Virus record (IMG/VR): IMGVR_UViG_2690315653_000003 | Span: 1-64,000 of that record | Length of the DNA stretch: 64,000 bases | Direction: 5' to 3' (one strand) | Source of the DNA: a virus | Lineage: Duplodnaviria > Caudoviricetes | Shown: in pieces, positions 40,901 to 49,900 of the stretch | How positions within the stretch are numbered: position 1 is the first letter of the stretch | How the letters are laid out: every line of letters starts with the position of its first letter | Made by a program: the position numbers and the translations under genes | The notes under the pieces: generated by a model | The model's input: the letters and a program-made list of their open reading frames with translations, nothing else | Databases searched by the model: none | Told to the model about the DNA's origin: nothing

Positions 40901-43900
40901 ATCGAAGATTAAAGGGCTGGCCAGAAAAGATAAAACCTACATACGGCTATATAATCGACTCAAAACGGGGACTGGTTATGATAATCTTTCACTTTATGAC
41001 TGGAAATTATTAATCAAACTGTATAGCGTCTCTGCCAAACAAAGACCTGACTTTTTCATCCAGATTCAGGATGAGGGAGGCCGGACTTATCTTGCCGGTG
41101 CAAATGAAAACCGGCAGACCAGCCAGGTAATAAGCTCATGGCTAAATAACCTGAAAGCCAATGCCGGCAATGACAAACTAATTTATGTAGATACTAATAG
41201 ATACAGGGTTAATCCAAAAAAATTAGCTCCATTTACCGAAGCTGTAAAGCAGCCATCAGGTAAAATATCATTTTTAAATTCCCTGGGTATTGATTTTACC
41301 AGTCAGGCTTATGACTTACTTTCCGATAAGGATAAAAGGAAATTTAATGATGCTACCCAGCGGTTATTTAACCAGCTATTAAAGACTGCCGATATCGCCA
41401 CCCTTTCGGGTAGATCCTTAGGGATTACAGGTGCACTTACAAAACTGGCAGAGGTTTATGTAAAAGCAAATGGAGAAAGTGCTGAAAGCCAGCATTTTAA
41501 TATTGATGGTGAACCTGTCCAAAATCTGCTTTTGCACAATTATGTATCCACCATATTAAATGATCTGAATTATTATCCGACAAAATCTGACCTGGTAAAT
41601 GCTTTACCGCATCTTTCAGATTCTTTTTCTACTGGTTCCTTACTTCTGGAAAACGGTGGTGTATTGTTTGACGATGACGGTAACCGAAGGCCAGATCCTA
41701 TTAATATTTCTATCATAGAGGGAATGAAACCAGTAGGTCCCCGGGCAGGAACCTCCACGGAAAAATTAAGCCTTTCAGGAAGACGTCTGCAGGAGTTTAA
41801 CCAGAATTTGAATGGTATTTATTATGTGTTGCTACCAGCAGATTCCCGGACTGAATGGAGTTTGAATCTTGATAAGTTTCATTATATCCCTTATTCGGAT
41901 TTATCCAATCCTGGAGTCCTATCAAATAAAGTCTTCCGGATTTTTGGTGGATATCTTCAGGCGGAAATGGAGCTGGTATCAAAATTTAAAGATCGCTCTC
42001 ACATCAAAAATATTAGGAAACAGGGAACCGATCTCCGGTTTTTTAAGGGGATCTTAGGCCAGGATCTACATGCCAAAGCTATTGCTGCTATTAATACTGG
42101 CTATGATCACAAAACATGGATTAGTGATAACCGCACAGCCATCGGCCAGCAGATTAAAGAATGGTTTGATAAGCGGGAAGATGAATTATTTAATTACTTC
42201 AGGGATTATGAAGTGATAAAGCCTGAAAATGAAAACCTGTATACATTCTCCGGGCTTGATAGTGATTTTAAGGATGACAATAAGATACCTGAAAAATTGA
42301 CTGAAGCTGAAATCCGTTCTATTATTCGGTTCCGCACGTTGAACTACAGTATTCAGAATACAGAATTTCACAAGATATTTTTCGGAGACCCTGCTTTATA
42401 TTCAGATCCGACCAAAAGAATCAAATCTTTCCTATCCGGAAGAGAGACTACTTATCATTCGGATCCTTATTTTAATACGTTTGCCAACAACCGATTGAAT
42501 GCCACTTCGTTATCCGATGATAGGATTATGCTAAAGCTATCAGATCCTGGTTACTGGGAGTTTAAGGACTATATGGTCACTGCAACCGTGGCAGATATTG
42601 AGATCGTAGGGTCGTTGGCATTAGATCATTCTATTCCAGAAAACTTAAGAGCTGCATATGAGAATGCCAACGAAGCCGACGCTCAAAGTTGGATAACGCT
42701 ACCGGCCTATCGTGAATTGTTGCTAAAAAGTGGCGGTAGGTGGACGGATGCGATGGAGCGACAGTATCAGTATGAGATGGCCTATGAAAGACTGGGCAGA
42801 TCCAAAACTAATGGATTCTCCTATGAAAACAGGGGAGACTTGAGAAAACACGATGAAGATCTTGTTAAAAAGGGTAATCCGCAGTCAGGTATTTTTCATG
42901 TTATAAAACCGATTGGAACTGGCGTAAAAGCAGGAGCTGCGTTTGCCGATATCTTTTTAGATAAAACTTCTGCTATGCCTATATATTATAGGATGTCAGA
43001 GGGTAGAGGTCTGGGCAAACTCTATGGTAAAATGAGCGCCGCAGGTATTTCCTATGCAATTATGGAAAGTGGCCGTAAAGTAGGTGCTGAATTCCTGAAT
43101 CCTGTTTACCAGACAAACGGCGATTTTAATCCGGAGCCATTTTCTGGCAACGTGAATGTTCCATTTAAGTACTTTGGAATACAGCTGGAAACAGCCGGCA
43201 CAAAACATAAACAGACCAGGGGAACCCAACTGACAAAGCTTGCCATCATTAATTTACTTGCATCCGGCATCCCTCAGGATATTTCCATGGATGCAGCTGC
43301 GTGGAATAAACTTTCAGAAACCGAAAAGATACAGCTATCTCCTTCCTATAAGTTAATCTCAGCTAACATTGCCATATTGAAGGCGATGGCTGATAAAGGC
43401 TATCAGCAGGTACTGGACCAACTGGGAATTTCGGAGACAGAAAATGGCTTTCACATTGCCGATAAAAAACTTGTGGCAGCTTTTATTTCCCGAGAGGCGG
43501 AAGCCAGGGACTTACCTGATAATTTCAAGAGTGCTATCGGAATAGATGCAGAGACGGGGGACTTTAAAATTTCATTAGAGGCAATCAGTAATTACAGGGC
43601 AGTAAAATCTATTATTTATTCTATCGTAGATAAAAAGTTATTGTCGCCTAAAATGCCTGGTGGGCCAAAGGTGCAGGTAAGTTCTGCTCTTTTTGAACGC
43701 AATAATCGCCAGGCGGTGTATAAGCCGGCAGGAGCCAAAACAGCTAATTGGGAAAGGGTCACAGATTTTGATAAACTAACCGACCAGGAGAAAAGTTCCG
43801 TCAGACTTACTTCCAGCGATTTAAAGTTCTATACCAGAGACGCCCCTTATATAGAAGTATATATGCCTCACTGGTTTCGGGAGAAACTACTTGAAAGGGG

Positions 43901-46900
43901 ATCTGGTAAAACTGACCAGGAGTTAATAGATTATCTGAACTCAAAAGGTTCTGATTTGCTTACTGGTATTGGATTTCGTATTCCTACCCAGGAACTTAAC
44001 TCCGTTGAGCATATAAAAATTAAAGGTTTTTTACCCCAGGAGATGGGCGATACAATTATAGTCCCCTCCGAAATCGTACTCAAAGCCGGCAGTGACTTTG
44101 ACATTGATAAGCTGAATACTTATTTAAAAAACTTTTACATCGGTAAAAACGGATTCCCTGAACCGATATCTTTTGTGCATGCTGATACCCAGACTGACGA
44201 AGGACTTAAGGTTTTGTATAATCATATCTTTGGAACTACCGAAAACATCCTACGCATTGCTCATCGGCAGCTTGCCGAGCAGGCGGAAAGAGGACAACTA
44301 AAGGCGCAAAACAAAATAGGGTTTTCAGAGGAGCATTCCAGATTAATAGAGAGTGTATTTTCCAGCCTGGCAGAACAGTTAAAAGAAGCAGGAATTAATG
44401 AAAAGTCTTACCAGCGTGCAATTGAAAAATATATACCCTTTGATAAGTTTTCCAGCATGGTCTCAGGTAAAAATATTTACCAGATTTATTCCATGTTTGA
44501 TTCCGCTGCTCTGGAAAATGAATATATAAGGACACTTCAGCAGTTATTATCCCTGCCCGAAAATTTTGAAAGGCTTATACAGCCTAACAGTGCCGATGAG
44601 TTGGTAGCTCTTCGGGGGGAACTCAACCAGGCGCTAGGTATAGGTGCTGAGGAAACAAAAGGAAATTTTTCATTACTGCTGGATCCATTTTATATGTCAC
44701 AAACCAGGCATAATTTTCTGAGTGGAAAGGATGGAGTAGGTATTGCAGCACTTCAGCAAACCAATACTGCCTTAAGCCAACTAGCCGGAATTGTCCTTGA
44801 TCACAGAAATTTTAATAACAAACTTTCCAATGCAGAAAAATCAGTTGTCAAAAATATAACCGTTCAGTTGCCTCATAATACCGTGAGTGTGGATGGTGAG
44901 GAATTTATCAGTATTTCGGCCATTAAGGATACTATTGGAAAATATATTTCAGATAAGATCAGCTCGTACATAAATGGTTATGTAGACGTGGCAAAAGATC
45001 CCTTTATCATTGAACTTGGGGCCAGTCTCAATGTTGCCAGCACATACATGTTCCTGGAAAAAATCGGGGTGCCGACCAGGGATGTGATCTTTTTTATGAA
45101 CCAACCCATCATTAAGGATTATTTGAGATTGCTTTCCATCAAAGGTTTTAATACTGTTTTTTCTGAAAAGACAATCAGGTACATTAATCAGGCAAAAGGT
45201 TTGTATCCTACCGGAAAAGTTGCTGTCGGCGCAATTGACACCAGCAATTTAAAAACCTTTATTGAGAAAAAAAGTAGAGGGAAGAAGTTCTCAGATATTG
45301 AAAATGGTATTCAGCAGCAAATACTCGATGAATTTCTAAAATACTCGGTCTTTTCAGGTCACCTTTTTAAATTAACGCAAGGTAGTAATTACGACACCGA
45401 TTATTTTAGTGACGCTTCCCTGGTCTTTAGAAAGCAGACTTTCACCAGACAGGCAAGAGAAGGGAATCTTTTTAATAGCATTGATAAATTACTGGATAAG
45501 TCTTTTATTGGCACCATTGCCCAGTATCTGGGAAAAGTTAAATCAGCTTTAGGAGAAATATTTCTTTTTGACAGGCCATCTACCATGCAGGGTTTTGAGC
45601 AAATTCTATCCTATTATTTGCCTAAAGATGGAGCAGTGTCAGAAGATGATTTTCTCACTATCGCTTCAAAACTCCAGAGCAGTTTCCTGGACTTTATCAC
45701 TCAACTGGCTTCAGAAAACAGTCTGAATACAAAAATTCAGGATCTGTTACTCGGACAGGATGCCGTGGCAGCAGAACTGGTGGCCTTTAAAAAAGCAATT
45801 CCAGCCGGGAGTGATCTTTCCGAAAACACAATACTTAAGTTACTGGAACCTGTTTACGATGATGCTTCCACCATTGAGCCACAAAATGTTAAGCTGACTG
45901 AGAAAGCATATGATAGCTATACTTCCAATCTTTACACGGAAGCCATGCGTGAGCTCAGAGACAACGTGCATTCTGCAGGTCTGTATAAACGACTGATCTT
46001 GTTATCGCTGGTGCAATCAGGATCGAGAAGATCTCCAATATCATTTACAGATATTATTCCTGTAGAGGACTACGCGCCGATAGTGACTCGCGCCCTCGAA
46101 AATTTAAGCAAAGGTAACTTTATCCGTGATTTTGTTTCCAGCTTTGCATTCCAGCGAGTTCATTATTGGGATGAGCGCGTTGTCCCCACTGTTGAACCAA
46201 AGGAAATATCTACCTACTACGGCTCATTTACCCCTCTTTATGAGGTGCCAACACGACTTTACAAGAATTTAAGCATAGTAGATGGATCTTACCAATTTAT
46301 CCAGCTAAGTACTCATTTCCAGTCCAGAGAAAGTAATTACCCGGTTGTAAAGATCAGGCAGATAGCCATTAACCCGGTAACGAAAGCACCATACACTCCT
46401 GTAGAACAAGCACAGATGAGGAAGAACGGTGATTATTCCTTTTTTTCTATTAAGCTTTTTCAGAAAGTAATGATGGAGGATACAAATGGAAATGACGTTG
46501 CACTCTCATATGATGATGATCAGGTGAAGCGACCTGGCGCAAAATTTTACATTTACAAACAGATCAATGCCTGGGGAAAACCAGGACTTGTGCTGGAATA
46601 TTATGATCACCCTCGCGTCTCTGTACTGCCTTCCAACCAAAAAATAGATGAATTTTCTGATGCCCAGGTTATCGGTGCTTTTCAAAACAGGGATGAAAAG
46701 ATGCTGCAGTTAAATGATTCTAATGTAGATACAACCATCCCATCAAAAGCAGGAAAGCAAACGCTCGATAAAGTTTACAATTTCCTTGAAAAAATCGGGG
46801 TACAAATAAAGGATGTTAATCAGATCGTTGTAAATGGAAAACGGATAGATGCCAGTGCAGTAGCCGATATTTTGAATAAAACCATTCAGGTTGTAAACGG

Positions 46901-49900
46901 TAAACATGATACAGCCCTCCCGGAGGAGGCTATGCACTTTGCCGTAGAGCTAGTTCAGCAGTCTAATCCGCAGTTTTTTAAAGGGCTGCTCAGAGATATA
47001 GGAAAGTTCAGGCTGTATAACGATATATTATCTCTCTATGGAAATGAGCCGTTATATCAAAAGGATGGAAAGCCAGATATCTTAAAACTCAAAAAAGAAG
47101 CAATCGCCAGAGTCCTGGTAGAGGTAATCATTAATAAGTCAGAAGGCATCAATGAAAAACCTGAATTACTGGCCCAGGTGGGATCATGGTGGGAAAGGAT
47201 AATTAGTTTCCTAAAGAATCTTTTCTCCAAAGGCCCCTTAAATTTATTTGAAACTGCTGCAGGCAATATTTTAAATGGACAATTTAGTGATGAACCAATA
47301 ACAGGTCAGAATGAAGTCTTTTTTCAATTGAATAAAGACACTCATCAGAGCCAGCTTTCTGACAAGCTTTTAAATCTTCATTCCCAACTTTCTAAAGAAG
47401 TTTCAGCTACCAATGGTCAGGATAGTTACTATGTTATTGGGGGGAAAAGGGTAAGTGAGCGTGTAACCAATCTATCAAAACTTTATTACGAACGTAAGTT
47501 TCGCAATAAACAAATCTCTGAAACAGAGCTTCAGAAGGCAATCAATGATCAGAAGAAGGAAAAGGGAACAGATGGACACGCTGATCTGGAGGATATTTTT
47601 CACCGCATGATTGGTGATGACGGGTTTTTAAGAAATGAGGAGCTTTTACAAACCATTCCTTCCCGTTTGTCTCCTACAGACAACTCTTTTTATAGGACAT
47701 TGGAAAACAACATGCGGGAGCGTCTTCGCAGCTTTAAGGCCGGTACCAGATTCTTTAGTGAGCTAATGATTTATGACGAGGAGAAAGATATGGCCGGTAC
47801 CATCGACTTTCTTGCCATTGAGCCAGATAACGCTGACGGAACACCTGGAAAGATCCATATTCTCGACTGGAAGTTTGTAAATTTAAAAGAGCAGGCCACA
47901 GATATTCCTTTCTACAAGAAAGAAGCCTGGAATATCCAGATATCTGAATATTTAAAAATGCTTTCCCGCCCTGTATATGGCGCAGTAAAGGATAATTTTG
48001 GTATGACCAGAGCTATACCCATAAAGGCTCTATATTCCTTTGAGGATAATGAACGCACCAAATTAAAGTTATTTGGTGTAGAAATCGGAAATGTTAATGT
48101 CAAAGCTATTACTGATGATACTTTACTTCCTGTTCCAACAAAGTACGAAAGTACTGGTAACAAGGATTTGGATAAGTTGATATTTGCCCTCAATAGCCTT
48201 CATGAAAAGATTTTTGATACCAGGTCTGATCCCGGAGCAGAGTATCTGAAAAACCAGCGGCTTAATGACATCACAACTGCTATCCGCAGACTACAAATGA
48301 AGAAGGAGACGGAGACGCTTTTCAAATTTGCCAAAAATGATATTTACAACTTCAATGCTTTCTTCCGTAAATATTTTGAATTGCTGGACTCCGGCAAACA
48401 GGAGCTGAATGCAACTGATGTTAATGAACTTTCCGGAAAGATCCTGGATGCTGAGGATGTACTCACCCTTTATAAAGACTTCAATGTTACATTCCGGAAG
48501 ATATTCTCATACAAGGACGCTGAAAGCAAGCCAATTCTTCAGGAGTCTGAAATGATAAGTGATGACGCAGAGCTGGTATTAAGCAGGATTATAACTCTTG
48601 CCAATAACCTGCGTGTCAATAGCATCGCTCGTGGTCTTGAAGTGGAAGATGTCCTGGAGCCAGAAAAAGTGGTTACCTGGTATCAGAAATGGGTCAGGTC
48701 ACTTTCTCAAGGTGCCACAAAAGCCACGGAGATCCTTTGGGAGATCGTGAAAAATATCAATACCCGTATTCAGATTGAGTTTTCAGAGGAAATTGAGAAG
48801 CTTATCTCGTTAGAAAAGAAAGTGAGCGAATGGCTTCGTACAAGCGGGCTTTCTTTTAAGGAATTACAGGATATGATTTTTCAGAAAGATGCAAAAGGCA
48901 GATGGAACGGAAAAGTAATATCTACAACAAGTCCAGAGTTTTATGCTGAAATGACCGATGCGCTTACTAAGAAGAATGCCTCATGGGTAATGGGCAATAT
49001 TGATCTGGAAGCCTATAACAAATGGTATAAAGAGGAGATGGATCTTCGTAAGAAGAATTTTGAGACATCCAGGTTGCATGAGGACGAAAAAGAAGATGCT
49101 GCCCTTAAAATAGCCAGGCTACAGGACTTTAAAAAGCATTTTGATATCATGGATAATCCAGATACGGCTATAAGTCTTGCTAATTATAAGCTAAAAGCCT
49201 ATCCTGACTTAAATATCTGGAAATCCAAAGAATTCGCTCGTTTACATGAACCCCACAATGAACCTGTTTTAGCGTTATATAATTTCTGGATAGCTAAGCT
49301 GGAAGAGTCCTATAAATTAGGAATGTTAAAATCCTGGGAGAGAAAAACATTTTTTCCTAATGTAAGAAAGGATTTTTTGGATAAGATTGTTTTTGGAGCC
49401 GAGTCCGGCGTGGTCAAAAGTGCAAATCTGAACTTTTTGAATTCAGTCCGAATCGATAATAACGATGAAGTTTTCGGTTATACTGATATCAACGGAAATC
49501 CTCAAGACAAGCTCTCATCACTTTATCATTATGACCTGGGCGAAAAAATCCTTGATAAGGACGGGGAGTTATTCAGTGATTATGCAAATAAAAGCACGGA
49601 TATATTTAAGGTGATGGCCCTTTGGGAAAAGGAAATTATCAAGTATCGCCACAAATCTGAAGTAGTAGATACTGTTAGATTGCTTCATTTTACGGAAAAA
49701 AACAGGCAGGCTATATCCAGGTCAAAGAGGACAGGAGGTATTGCTATCAAAGAGGACGGAGAGCCTGTTTTAATAGATAACGTAGAAAATACTGAATACT
49801 TCAAAAACTACATGGATTATTACTTCTATGGTAAGCGTCTTTCCGAAGGGCAGGATGTAACTTTTCAGTTTAAATATAACCGGCTGGCAAAAAAAGTAAA

